A DNA stretch of 64,000 bases, counting the filler, from Asterionella formosa (lineage: Eukaryota), in NCBI GenBank assembly GCA_002256025.1. It is 23 parts of 23 records of this genome, joined end to end, with 100 filler letters (N's around TTAATTAATTAA, not from the genome) between each part and the next. Parts side by side here need not be neighbours in the genome. Positions count along the whole stretch, not along the records: positions 36,303 to 38,987 come from NKIB01014955.1; positions 39,088 to 41,770 come from NKIB01014956.1; positions 41,871 to 44,552 come from NKIB01014957.1; positions 44,653 to 47,333 come from NKIB01014958.1; 19 more parts are not named here. One strand, given 5' to 3'. The position numbers and the translations under genes were made by a program. Below the pieces are notes generated by a model. The model worked only from the letters and a program-made list of their open reading frames with translations, did not search any database and had not been told where the DNA came from. This document shows positions 36,305 to 47,433 of this stretch, piece by piece (within the stretch, counting starts at the first letter, position 1; every line of letters starts with the position of its first letter).

Positions 36305-38115
36305 CTATTTCTTCTTCTTCTTGTTAGCCTTCTTCTTGGCTTTCTTTGCTGCCACATCAGCCAACTCCTTCAAAATCAACTGAGTTTCTTCATCAGCCTC
36401 CTTATCCGTGCTAAAGTACGCTGGCAGGTCCAATCCTGTCACACGGATGGTCCCATTTGGCAAAAGCAACACAGTACATTTAAAATGTGCCACCTGACCT
36501 GACTTTTCATGCAACGAGGGGTAGGGGGTCAACAACCCATGAGCCACACATTCCGTAATTCCCATTTTGGCAGACTTTTCATCTTCAAAATGGCGCAATG
36601 TAAAGGGTAAGGTGGGGAACTTTTTGTCAACTTCCGACAAGAGACTTCGAGAGGCCTTCATTTTCAAACGATAATTTGTTTCCACATTGCGTTTGAAGAC
36701 GGTGGTACGCAAGGCACCTGCCTTGGCCTTGCCATCACCAGAAGACATGGCAACGTCAACAGCATACACTTCAAATTGTTCAAATTTGCATTCAGGTAGT
36801 TTCTCGTCCCCTTCTTCCAAATCTTGAGGAGAAGGTTCCTTGAGTGATACTTCCTTGACTCCGTCTAGAACGAATCGCTTCATTTGATGCATCCTAACAG
36901 ATGAGATGGGTTTGACTCCATACTGAGTTGCAACCCGTTCGACTGCTTTGGTAACATCAACATTTGTTTTCCCAGCTTGGATAGAATGTGCAGCCACAAG
37001 CATGGCGTTGTAGGCAGCCACGGCAACAAGAGATATGGTCTCATTGGGGGCTGGTGGTGTTTCATCATCGGCAGCAACAACTACAGTATGAGCTGCAACA
37101 GCAATGTATCCATCCAAGTGACAACCAAGATCCATCTTGACAATGTCTCCTGCTTGGAGGGGTGTCTGTGTATGTTTTGTGAATGTGTGAGTTTATAGAA
37201 AATATAATTGTCATGCAACCTTGAATACAGAGGGTTTGTTCCAATATAACGTTTCTACAAAGTCGTAGTAAATCGAGGGATCAATCCTTTTGGATAAAAA
37301 GGCAATCAACCAAGTTTCACCCTAAAGTCCAATCTACCTGTTGTCAGCTGAGTCTGTGATTCTTTCTTCGCGTGCCTTCTCTCTTTTCCGAGTCTCGGAA
37401 AAGCGAGGAATCGACGCACTCGGAAACCACTTGATAATTGACTCCAACAGGATCACCAACGAGCACGATCAGACAATGTAATCACGTACCAATTCCTCAC
37501 TTGCCAATGGACTGTGATTGCAAACGATATCATTGACACTAATACAAACAGGAAAGGCAACGCCTCGTTGCACATCTTGTCCTTTGTTCTTTTTAGTGTA
37601 TAACTTCATGGCAGCAGTTTCCATGACAGTGGTACCAAATTTACACAAATCAATCACATTTGCTCCCACCTTGCATTGTGCAACCAACCCTTCCAATGTT
37701 AGATTCACAATTTTAGCAGCTTCTTGATATTTAGTGCAAACATCACTGTGAATATTGATATGGTTGTGGTTGTTTTTTAATGGTAGGAAACGGTCGGAGC
37801 ATGAGAACGAGCAAATAACTTTTGCCCAAAACTATGAAACAAAAACATACCTGTTGGAAAGATCAGTGCATTCTTCCTTTTCACCATCTCCTCCTTCCTC
37901 GTCTATATAGAGCACAATCAAAGAGTGAGTGAGTGAGTGTGCGAGAGGAATGTCGAGTATGGTGTCCCCTTTGGATCAGACATGTCGCTTTCCGAATTGG
38001 AATAAACATGTATCAAAATTTCCCATGTTACAAATCAGAACTGACCTTCATCGTCTTCGTCGTCATCGTCCTCCTCCTCATCGACGACAATCTCGGGCTC
38101 TTCGTTGGGTGCCAT
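36305..38115 (-). CDS. PA2G4: Proliferation-associated protein 2G4 / EBP1 (MetAP-fold); exons 38046-38115, 37851-37902, 37490-37745, 36305-37165
   Basis: Three GT-AG introns keep frame: MAPNEEPE..DLSNSDVCTKYQEAAKIVN..GVAFPVCISVNDIVCNHSPL..GDIVKMDLGCHLDGYIAVAAHT..EVYAVDV..FPTLPFTLR..VAHFKCTVLL; Lys-rich C-terminus. Confidence 0.92.
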
Positions 38116-38379
38116 GGTGAAACAAAATCAACTGTTGCAGCAACAATAACAATATGAACACTCTCTCTCTCTTGCAACAAAGGAATGATGATGTTGTTGA
38201 ACAGTCTCCTCTAGCGGTGGTATATAGACCACAGTATTTAGTAAGTATTTCTAGATGTAGAACTACCGATTGCGATACTATCATGCATATAGGGCTGAAT
38301 GATGGTTGAAATTGGCTGGCGTGTCAACTATCGTAGACATCAAATCATCCATAATATATTTATGTACAGTATTGCACAG

Positions 38380-38987
38380 TATACCGGCCGGTATAAATAA
38401 AAAGTGGTATTCGGCACGGTTGCCTCCATAATAATTCTACTGGTCTACAGGAGTACCGGTAGGTATTTGGTACCAGGTACTACAAGCACATAACAACTCC
38501 GTCTATCGTCCTCTACCGGGATGTACCGTCCAATTTCCCATGGATTTGGTACTGCCAGCTGGCGGACGGTCCTGAGAGCAGCCTCCGAATGAAGAAAATT
38601 GGGAGGCAGTACCCTGTGCTAACAAATATTTATGTACGTATGTTTGGCTGAGCCGACGTTTTTCATGGAATGGCTGCTGATGACTACTGTGATTGAGTCG
38701 GAGTGATCGGTTGGTTTTGCCAGACAATGGCTGCATGCATGCACATGCATCGTCCACCTCATTGATTATCATAACAGTACCTGGTACCTGGTACCCGGTA
38801 CCGCACTTACTGAGTACAGGTACCAGGGTACCTGGTACCAGGTGCCGTACCATGTACTCCTAACAGGTACCATACCGAATGTACCATTACTCCAATCTTG
38901 TACTATAGAGCTACGTGTATATCATTTCTAGTTGCTAGCAGGTACCATGCTACCTGGTCCCATACTTTAGGTACCTGGTACCTCGTA
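38380..38987. repeat. TA-punctuated array upstream of PA2G4
   Basis: 38788-38850 splits as ta|cctgg|ta|cctgg|ta|cccgg|ta|..|ta|ctgag|ta|cagg|ta|ccaggg|ta|cctgg|ta. Confidence 0.75.
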
Positions 38988-39087
38988 NNNNNNNNNNNNN
39001 NNNNNNNNNNNNNNNNNNNNNNNNNNNNNNNTTAATTAATTAANNNNNNNNNNNNNNNNNNNNNNNNNNNNNNNNNNNNNNNNNNNN

Positions 39088-39784
39088 AGATTTCTGACTG
39101 AATGCTGGACTGAGCTGTGATGCTCTCGACGCAACCATTGAGATTGAAACTGGCATTCCCTGTTCACGTAATTCGAATATGAAGCGTAGGAGCTCATCTT
39201 GCATTGGCTGAAGTACAACAGAAGGCGGGCCGGGACAAAGGCTCCTCGCCTTATTGTTTCTTGCATGTTGCATTTCTTGTGTTTTTTTAGCCCAAACACC
39301 GTACATGGTATGATGGATGTTCACATCCTCACATGCAGCACGTTGACTCATCCCCATGTCAATCTTCCTCCGCACGTTGCGGACGATTGCAAGCTTTTCC
39401 AGTACTGAGTAGCGCCTTCGCCTACCAGGTGGTGGAGGTGGTGGGCGCGCCTCCTCCTCTGCCTGCAATGACAGGCTGGGTGCGGTAACTTCCCTGACTG
39501 GTGTCGTTGCAATGCTGCTGTCCATTCTTGTTTGCTGTTATGCTTCTTTATGATACGTGAACTTACGGCATGCTGGCATGCTGCTTGATCTTGGCGCGTG
39601 TTTCTGTCTGTGGCGCGTCCAATTCGCTCGACTTCAGTGCTCAACTGAACCCCGTTTTTATTCCTGCTTTGCAATATGGGAATCTCGTATCTTGAACATC
39701 GAGACTCCATAAAATTTCGGAAGATAAGCTCCATTTCACAAATTTTGTGCACAATTCCCGGTGCTTAACTTCCGGTATTTACGG
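39088..39784 (-). mobile_element. 5' part of a pogo/Tc1-mariner transposon: terminus plus transposase DNA-binding region (ORF starts 39525)
   Basis: RRRYSVLEKL HTH and CENP-B-type ELLRFIFELREQGMPVS; minus-strand end TA|CCGTAAATACCGGAAGTTAAGCAC (TA at 39785-39786). Confidence 0.85.
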
Positions 39785-39822
39785 TAGTGTGCTTCAACTC
39801 CTCTCGACTCTAGTTTAGTAGT

Positions 39823-41409
39823 TTAAACTGATGCTATGGGGTTGACAGTAGCCCTCTCCTCTCTACAGACACAAACAGATGCTCTAACAGCATTTCTCAA
39901 TCCCTCTTTGTCCAATTTCATGACATTCACTGGTCGAGGGTCAGTGAAATACCTCAACATGTCCTGGAGCTGCTTGTTTGTCCACATAGCAATCGTATCC
40001 TCATTATGTATGGCTGCATCAATCAGTGGAGTTATTTGTGGCAAAATTGAAAGCTTCTTCTGCTCCAATGATGCTATCGCTGCCACCTTCTTTCTCTCCT
40101 TATCCTGGGTCTCAACCTTATTTGCAATTGACCTTGCTTCCTTTGCCCTGTCATTTTCTCCACAAATCTCGCCAACAATAGACATGACTTCATTCATCTC
40201 TTTAATTCTTTCCATTTGGCTTGCTGAATTCAATACCCTTGAGTAGCTGGCCACATTGCCCTCCAACATATTGATTCTCCTCTTTGCAATCTTCTTCTTT
40301 GCTCCAACACCAATTGCATCAGAAATTACAGAACCGTGCAATACATCTTTCATTGTAGGTTGTAGCAGTGAAAGTTGGTCCCCACTTATAGATATATCAA
40401 GGAATGCTGATGGCTCCAGATTCCTGTCTAGCTTGTTCCAGTGTTGCCGGCTGACAAAATTTGTCATGTGATCAAACCAGACTTTCTGCAGTACATTGCA
40501 GTTTCGGTCTTCAGTGTACTTTTTCACCATCTTTTCGGGTTTCCAAGAAACCCATTCAAATGAATCTAAGCAGGTTAGGTTGGTTGCAGCTTGCCTTAAT
40601 TGTGTTTGTGGTACTGGTACTCCAGGTGGGCCTCGACCTCCACGCTTCAAATTAGGAAATTTGCCAGCGCGGATCAGAAAGTCCAAGTGATTCTCAGCTT
40701 GCTTCCATTTACAACATCCAGTAAAATCCATAACTAAAAGAATCATCTCCTTCCTCGTCATCCCATTGTTGTTTTTATCCCTGAAGCAAGCTATACCTTG
40801 AAGCTCATCTCTTTCTGACAACGTTGTTAAAGATTTGGGTGAAGGACAAGTTGGGCGCAGCATTTCTATGGTTGCAATTCCAACCAAATTCTTATTGTTG
40901 GGATTGGCAACCTGCAGTCGTTTCCTTGCATCATACAATGTTGATCTTGGAACTCTGTGAGTGCGCACAATATTTGCCTCATTCCCCCCTCCCATGATGT
41001 TCAATTCTTCCAACAGTACTTTGATGTTACCAGGCAAATTCCAGTTCTTGTATCGACCGCGATGTTTCTTCTTCGAAACCAGAGATTGACTCACTAAATT
41101 TTCAACATCATTCATTTCTTCTGTAATCACTGAATGGCTGCGCTTCTTGGCCTTGGTTGCTGCCTTCATCGTTGTAGTTATTGCTTTTGCTATTAATGTC
41201 ACTGGTTTCTGATGAGACAAATCAGACTGATCCTTTGGAGGTCGTCCGCGCCGTAAAGGAATCCATCTAACAGAACAAGTAAACAAGAAAATGAGCAAAT
41301 TGCAATAACTCTGGACGTCCATTATTACTGGCATTGTTACTCACCCTCGTATGTCACCAGACCCTTTCAGCCTCGCCTGTTCTTGCCTAGTCTTTGGCCT
41401 CCCAGACAT
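39823..41409 (-). CDS. Transposase-derived protein with AT-hook and HTH-like region but no recognisable DDE core; exons 41345-41409 and 39823-41266
   Basis: In-frame GT-AG intron 41267-41344; RRGRPPK AT-hook; VPRSTLYD helix-turn-helix-like motif; open for ~500 codons. Confidence 0.6.
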
Positions 41410-41467
41410 GGTTTGATTATTGTAATTGAATGTGCACTGAGCAAGAAGAGTAAGTGACGCAAATTAA

Positions 41468-41770
41468 GGTTCCTGCATTTGAACCCCTAGCTCGAGGTAG
41501 GGTTAAAAAAATAATATTAAGTCAGAGTAGTCAAACATAGACTTCTTACGAGTAAAACGTAAATGTATATCGCTAAACGGAGCTTTCACCAATACACACC
41601 CTTTCCACATGCTTAAATACAGTCATTTATCAAAGTAGGGGTTTAGGTCAACGCTATATATCGTCAGGATATAGGATCTGGCGAGAAACTGCAGAAAGGA
41701 ACTTCGGTTTTTTAACTATGCTGAAAATAGTGGATTTTACCGGGCTAACTCGTTTATTTGGCCTAGTAAA
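41468..41770 (+). mobile_element. End of a Kolobok-like DNA transposon
   Basis: TTAA (41464-41467) followed by GGTTCCTGCATTTGAACCCCTAG, the exact reverse complement of 6042-6064. Confidence 0.6.
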
Positions 41771-42020
41771 NNNNNNNNNNNNNNNNNNNNNNNNNNNNNN
41801 NNNNNNNNNNNNNNTTAATTAATTAANNNNNNNNNNNNNNNNNNNNNNNNNNNNNNNNNNNNNNNNNNNNGGGAGCCGACAGTCCCGAGGACTGGCGGCG
41901 GAGGACATGGAGTCAGCCGGGTACCCGCCGGCCTTGGCCTCGCTCAAGCCGTCGAACGTCGGCTTTCAGCATCCATCCCAAAAGACAGCAAGGCGCCGCC
42001 AGCCGCCCGTGCCAGTCCAG

Positions 42021-43268
42021 TCAGACGAGTTCCAGCGCCAGCAGTTCGTCCACGGTCTGGCGTCTGCGGATCAGGCGGTGGCTGTCGCCCTCCACCAGCA
42101 CTTCGGCGATCAGCGGGCGGGTGTTGTAGTTGCTGCTCATCGAGGCGCCGTAGGCACCGGCGTCGTGCAGCACCAGCAGGTCACCCACCCGGGCCTGGGG
42201 CAGGTCTCGGCGCAGCACCACACCGCCTTCTGCCTGGGTGAACACGTCGCCCGACTCGCACAGGGGACCGGCCACCACCGTGGGCTGGACCGGCCGCAGC
42301 GTGCCGTCGGCGGGGATTAGGCTGATCGCGTGGTGGCTGCCGTACATCGCCGGGCGCATCAGGTCGGAGAAGCCGGCGTCGACCAGCGCAAAGTGCTGGC
42401 TGCCCTGGCACTTGACGGCGCGCACCTCGGTCAGCAGCACGCCCGACTCGGCCACCAGGTAGCGGCCGGGTTCCAGCTCCAGGTGCACCGGGTGGCCTAG
42501 CAGCGCGGCAACCTCACGGCGCGCCGCGTCCCACAGGCTGAAGTAGTGGGCGATGTCGATGTGCGGCTCGCCTTCGCGGTAGGGGATGGAGAGCCCGCCG
42601 CCGGCCGAGATGGCCTGCAGGTCCATGCCCGCGGCCTGCGTGCGTTGCACCAGGCCCACCATCGCCTGGCAGACCTCGGCCAGATGGGTGTAGTCCACGC
42701 CCGAGCCGATGTGCATGTGCAGGCCTACCAGGTGCAGCTGCTGCTGACGCACCGCGGCCAGGGCTTCCTCCAGCTGGCCGTGCCAGATGCCGTGCTTGCT
42801 GTGCTCGCCACCGGTGTTGGTCTTGTTGCTGTGGCCATGGCCAAAGCCGGGGTTGATGCGCAGCCACACCGGGTGGCCGGGTGAGCGCTGGCCCAGCTGG
42901 GCCAGCATGTCGATGCTGCCGGCATTGACCGGGATGCGGTGCGCCACCACCAGGTCCAGCGTGGCGGCGTCAAACAGGTCGGCGGTGAAGACCATGCCGC
43001 TGGCGCCCCGGCCATTGGCCGCGGCGGTGTAGCCAGCGGCCAGGGCCCGCTCGATCTCGCCGCGCGAGACGGCATCCACCACCACGCCCTGTGCGCGCAT
43101 CAGCCGCAGCAGGTGGGTGTTGGCATTGGCCTTTTGCGCATATCGCACGGTGTCGAAGGCCTGCAGACGGGCGATGCGCTGGCCGATGGTGGCCGCGTCG
43201 TAGACCCACAGCGGCGTGCCGTGTTGGCGGGCCAGGGCCTGGAGGAGGGCGGGGGAAAAGCAGTTCAT
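42021..43268 (-). CDS. lysA: Diaminopimelate decarboxylase (bacterial)
   Basis: GTPLWVYD, YAQKAN (PLP Lys), RINPGFGHGHSNKTNTGGEHSKHG, HMHIGSG, EPGRY, GPLCESGD, GAYGASMSSNYN. Likely start ATG 43268; the longer ORF call is antisense to lysR. Confidence 0.97.
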   Translation of the reverse strand: MNCFSPALLQALARQHGTPLWVYDAATIGQRIARLQAFDTVRYAQKANANTHLLRLMRAQGVVVDAVSRGEIERALAAGYTAAANGRGASGMVFTADLFDAATLDLVVAHRIPVNAGSIDMLAQLGQRSPGHPVWLRINPGFGHGHSNKTNTGGEHSKHGIWHGQLEEALAAVRQQQLHLVGLHMHIGSGVDYTHLAEVCQAMVGLVQRTQAAGMDLQAISAGGGLSIPYREGEPHIDIAHYFSLWDAARREVAALLGHPVHLELEPGRYLVAESGVLLTEVRAVKCQGSQHFALVDAGFSDLMRPAMYGSHHAISLIPADGTLRPVQPTVVAGPLCESGDVFTQAEGGVVLRRDLPQARVGDLLVLHDAGAYGASMSSNYNTRPLIAEVLVEGDSHRLIRRRQTVDELLALELV

Positions 43269-43346
43269 GGCGCGCAGTGTGCTGGCCGGCACCATGCTTG
43301 CAAAATACTCATTTATGCTTGATGTATTCAGGCTGGATATGGACAA

Positions 43347-44261
43347 GTGAAACTCACCCACCGGCAGATCGAGGTGTTTCGCGCGGTGATGGCCACCGGC
43401 CATGTCACCCGCGCGGCCGAGCAGCTGCACAGCTCGCAGCCCACTGTCAGCCGCGAGATCGCCCGGCTGGAGCAGGTGTTGGGCATTGCGCTGTTCGACC
43501 GCGTCAAGGGGCGCTTGCGGCCCACGGTGCGGGCGTTGGCCCTGATGGAGGAGGTGGAACTGTCCTACGTGGGGCTGGCCCGCATCAGCGCCACGGCGCA
43601 GCAGCTGCGGCACTTTGCCCAGGGCCGGCTGCAGGTGGCGGCGCTGCCAGCCTTTGCCCAGGCCTTGCTGCCTGAGGCACTGCAGCGCTTTGCCCAGGCC
43701 CAGCCCGAGGCGGGCGTGACGATCACGCCGATGGAATCGCCTGCGCTGGAGTTGGCGCTCAGCGACCAACGCTTTGACCTCGGCCTGAGCGAGCGGCGTG
43801 AGGCGCCGGTGGGCTGCAGCCTGCACAGCCTGCTGGTGGCCGACGAGGTGGCGGTGCTGCCGCCGGGCCATGTGCTGGCGGCACGGGCGCGGCTGGCGCC
43901 GGCCGATTTTGAGGGCCAGGCCTTCATCCGCCTGGCCGCCGCCGCCCCCTACCGCCAGCAGATCGACGCGCGGTTGGCCCAGGCCGGCGTGGCGCGGCGG
44001 CTGCTGATCGAGTCGCCCAGCGCGGCGTCGGTGTGCGCCCTGGTGCGCCAGGGCCTGGGCCTGGCGATCGTCAACCCGCTCACCGCACTGGCGCTGGCTG
44101 ACACGGGGCTGCTGATCCGTCCGCTGGACTTCAGCATCCCCTTCCATGTGGCGGCGGTCCTGCCGCAGTGGCGGGCCGAGCACCCACTGCGCGCCGGCCT
44201 GCTGGCGGCGCTGCAGGCGGCGGCGGCCGAGCTGCTGGCCCGGCTGGGCACGCCGCGTTGA
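43347..44261 (+). CDS. lysR: LysR-family activator divergent from lysA
   Basis: N-terminal HTH (IEVFRAVM..VTRAAEQLHSSQPTVSREIARLE..LFDR) and divergent position next to lysA. Confidence 0.93.
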   Translation: MKLTHRQIEVFRAVMATGHVTRAAEQLHSSQPTVSREIARLEQVLGIALFDRVKGRLRPTVRALALMEEVELSYVGLARISATAQQLRHFAQGRLQVAALPAFAQALLPEALQRFAQAQPEAGVTITPMESPALELALSDQRFDLGLSERREAPVGCSLHSLLVADEVAVLPPGHVLAARARLAPADFEGQAFIRLAAAAPYRQQIDARLAQAGVARRLLIESPSAASVCALVRQGLGLAIVNPLTALALADTGLLIRPLDFSIPFHVAAVLPQWRAEHPLRAGLLAALQAAAAELLARLGTPR

Positions 44262-44275
44262 TGGGGCCACCACGA

Positions 44276-44319
44276 CCCAAACAGGCCGTGTTGATGGGGG
44301 CCACCGCGGCCTGTTTGGG
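44276..44319. repeat. Intergenic palindrome downstream of lysR
   Basis: CCCAAACAGGCCG...CGGCCTGTTTGGG, 13-bp perfect arms. Confidence 0.7.
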
Positions 44320-44329
44320 CCGCGAAATG

Positions 44330-44364
44330 AAAAACGCCCGCTGCGGCGTCCCGCGCGGGCGTTT
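44330..44364 (-). terminator. Rho-independent terminator of rpsU
   Basis: Minus strand AAACGCCCGC..GCGGGCGTTTTT, hairpin plus U-tract just after the rpsU stop. Confidence 0.75.
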
Positions 44365-44387
44365 GTCTCAAGCGGCGAAGACGCTGA

Positions 44388-44552
44388 TCAGTACAGCTTC
44401 TTCGGCAGCTGCATGCTGCGAACGCGCTTGTAGTGGCGCTTCACGGCGGCAGCCTTCTTGCGCTTGCGCTCGGCCGTGGGCTTCTCGTAGAACTCGCGGG
44501 CACGCAGGTCGGTGAGCAGGCCAAGCTTTTCGAAAGTGCGCATGAGGCAGCG
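44388..44552 (-). CDS. rpsU: 30S ribosomal protein S21, 5' end cut
   Basis: [47 protein letters not shown], Burkholderiales-like; not in the ORF track. Confidence 0.95.
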   Translation of the reverse strand, partial: RCLMRTFEKLGLLTDLRAREFYEKPTAERKRKKAAAVKRHYKRVRSMQLPKKLY

Positions 44553-46226
44553 NNNNNNNNNNNNNNNNNNNNNNNNNNNNNNNNNNNNNNNNNNNNTTAA
44601 TTAATTAANNNNNNNNNNNNNNNNNNNNNNNNNNNNNNNNNNNNNNNNNNNNCATTGGATTGGGATAAGCAGGCCTTGAGAATCTTGACTGGTCACCTTT
44701 TAAATATTTATCCCTCAAAAGTGCTTGTTTTTGATCATCACAACGGCCATTGCAATGGCCATCACTTACCTTCTCTTATCTTTGCTCCTTAATGTGATCT
44801 TGTGGATTGCTTGTTCACTGCTGGTTCAAAAATTGTAACTATGAGATGATGGTTCCTCGAGGGCGCTCATTCCAATTTAGTTTTTAGTGATTTTAACATT
44901 GGTTGTCAAGGCAACGCAAAGCAAACATTTTGAAATTACAAAGCAAAATGCACAGGACATTTGGTCTGAGAAGGAGGAATGAACCATGAAAAGTTTGATG
45001 AACCTCAAAACTGCCAAGGAAGATAGTTAATGCTATAATATAATTAATAACATACATTAGTAAGTGGAAAGGATAAATAATTTCAATTATATAGCAGCAT
45101 TATGAATCATATGTAGTTGAGAACAAGTATGTTCATTGCTTTGGTCCATCTTTCTTTGTCTACTTCGCAACAATTATATTAAAGTATGTATGGCCATTAG
45201 TGGAGACCAATATGCAATGCATTCAAGATTTAGTTGCCTTTCTTTTTTCCTTCCTCGTCCAAAGATGTTTACAAACAGAAATTATAGTGGTACATCAAAT
45301 ATGTTGAGCCCACTCAATTTCAGAAATGAATTTGCGTGGGTACATGTTCCTGTTTCAACAAACAATAAAGGAGGACCAACATTCTCATAACATCAATCTT
45401 GTATCCTTGATTGATGCAAGGCATTCTCTTGTCACCACGAAAATCAATCCTCTCAATTCCAAGACTCTCTTATCAATTGCATCATTTTAAATTACTTCGA
45501 AATGGATCAAATCCTTCTTGTACTTTTCGTTGAAACCTGTAGATATCTTTCTCCTTTCAATTTTTTGGTTGAAACTTGTAGACAGAATTCACCACAGCAA
45601 GCTTTTGGCAATTCTGACAAATCGCCTCTTCATGTTCAGACATGGGCATTGGATTTATGCTGACGGACAAGGATTACCTTCAGTGCCTTGCTTGTTAGTA
45701 TTGTTACCATTCGTCGTGTTTCTTTCTATTCGTTCTCCCTTCGTCACTGAAAATCAATTGCAAGTTTCCAACAAGCTCATGGAACATGGAACGAATGGTA
45801 CTACGTGTCACCAAGAACATCTGAGACTCAATGAGGATGGCATTGCTGGTCGATCATAGTTATAGCAAGGAGTTGATGGTGAAGATCAAACAATGACAAA
45901 CAGAGGTATCATCATGGTGAGTGTAGCAATCAAGTGTGAGGCTGTGGCTCCTCAGTGCATGTGGCATGTATTTGTCAAGAGATTCATGATGGTTTATTAT
46001 TTACAAGTGGTATGTTCATTCATATATTTAATGAAGAGGAAATGAATGACATCAACTAGGATGACTCTACTTTTATGTATTCAAAACAAATATTGGGTTG
46101 TGCTAAATTTTACAAATGTAGAACCAGCTACTGGTACAATGGGCCGGTGTGTACCTGATGTACTTTGGGGGGGGCACCAAGCCATAATTTGGATCGAAGT
46201 TCTGTATCCTAGTACCGGTAGGTACA

Positions 46227-46266
46227 TGGTATGGTATGGTATGGTATGGTATGGTATGGTATGGTA
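46227..46266 (+). repeat. (TGGTA)n microsatellite, ~8 units
   Basis: Directly visible. Confidence 0.95.
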
Positions 46267-46361
46267 CAAGGTACCAGGTACAACAGGGGTCTTATCGTGA
46301 GAGACCACGTATGTACCACAGTCAAGTCCTTGCCTTTTTGCTTGGTGACGCTGGTTCCTAA

Positions 46362-47332
46362 GGGCCGTTCTTATCATTCTGTTATTTGTTGTCATTGGTG
46401 TATCATCGCCGAAATATGATACAAAAATGGCGGTTTGGTTTTTTTTGTGTATCACCAACGGTTTTTTTGGTCTGATCACCGGTGTATCATGGGTGTATCA
46501 CTGATACAGTTTTTGGACCCCTGACCAATGCTGTATCACTGATCAAGCCGTTGATCACTGTGTATCACGTCCGTTGCCACTGATAAAATAACTGTAGACA
46601 TGCCAGCGCCAACTATATAATCTATTTTGTGGATGGGAAAATCAACATCAGCAACACAGCGCAACTTGAAAACGCCACTGGTGCAATCGATTGATCTAAT
46701 GGCGTCTATAACACAAAGACTAACCTAACACCACTTTTTGCAAGCACTTTTGTCATATAATAGTATTATTGTAGTCGTATTAGCCGTAACAAATCAATAG
46801 TTCTGTTTGCAATCATATAAAATGACGAATGTTCCTCTTCTACATTGTTGATTCGCAATTTCTTATGCAATTTTAAAGATATATCTATATTTCCTTTTCT
46901 ATTGCATCGTTCGTACAATGATATCTTAGACCGCAAAAGCGCAGCGACTCCTTTGCCATTTTGATGGAGAAATAGCTGATTATCGACATGGTCAATGTGT
47001 TGACGAGTCTCTCAATACCTGGTACCAGGGGCTAGTAGCATGTACCGCACAGGCTCCGTAAGATGATATGATATTTGTTTTTTATTCCGGTTGTTATTTT
47101 TATTTAAGCTACGCATATGCATATTACTGCTCATATATATCTAGATGCTCGTAGCTGGCCTGTCACCGTTGACAATCCTTGTTACTCCATGATACACTGT
47201 GATCACAAATTAGTGATACAGTGACACTTTTGGAATGAATGAAATTCAGTTCAAATCGAGTTACCGTTGCTGATACATTTTCAAAAAAATTCAAATTCCG
47301 TGATACACGAAAAAAAATGATAAGAACGGCCC
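46362..47332. mobile_element. Complete ~970-bp non-autonomous PIF/Harbinger-like element (MITE)
   Basis: 17-bp perfect TIRs GGGCCGTTCTTATCATT / AATGATAAGAACGGCCC; TAA on the left, T at the right contig edge; many subterminal TGTATCA/TGATACA motifs; no ORF. Confidence 0.85.
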
Positions 47333-47433
47333 TNNNNNNNNNNNNNNNNNNNNNNNNNNNNNNNNNNNNNNNNNNNNTTAATTAATTAANNNNNNNNNNN
47401 NNNNNNNNNNNNNNNNNNNNNNNNNNNNNNNNN

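Noticed and set aside
37903..38045. C/D-box snoRNA in PA2G4 intron 1
   Set aside because: CTGA is present but there is no convincing C box or recognisable rRNA complement.
43269..44273. 750-aa LysA with a long N-terminal extension
   Set aside because: The extension is the antisense frame of lysR in high-GC DNA; LysA homology starts at 43268.
41871..44552. Horizontal transfer of lysA into the alga
   Set aside because: No junction with host DNA; ribosomal protein gene and terminator indicate a bacterial chromosome piece.
44653..46100. Coding remnant on the minus strand
   Set aside because: Only short interrupted frames with no recognisable motif.
46227..46266. Telomeric repeat or MVWYG-repeat protein
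   Set aside because: Short internal pentanucleotide microsatellite; the translated repeats are artefacts.
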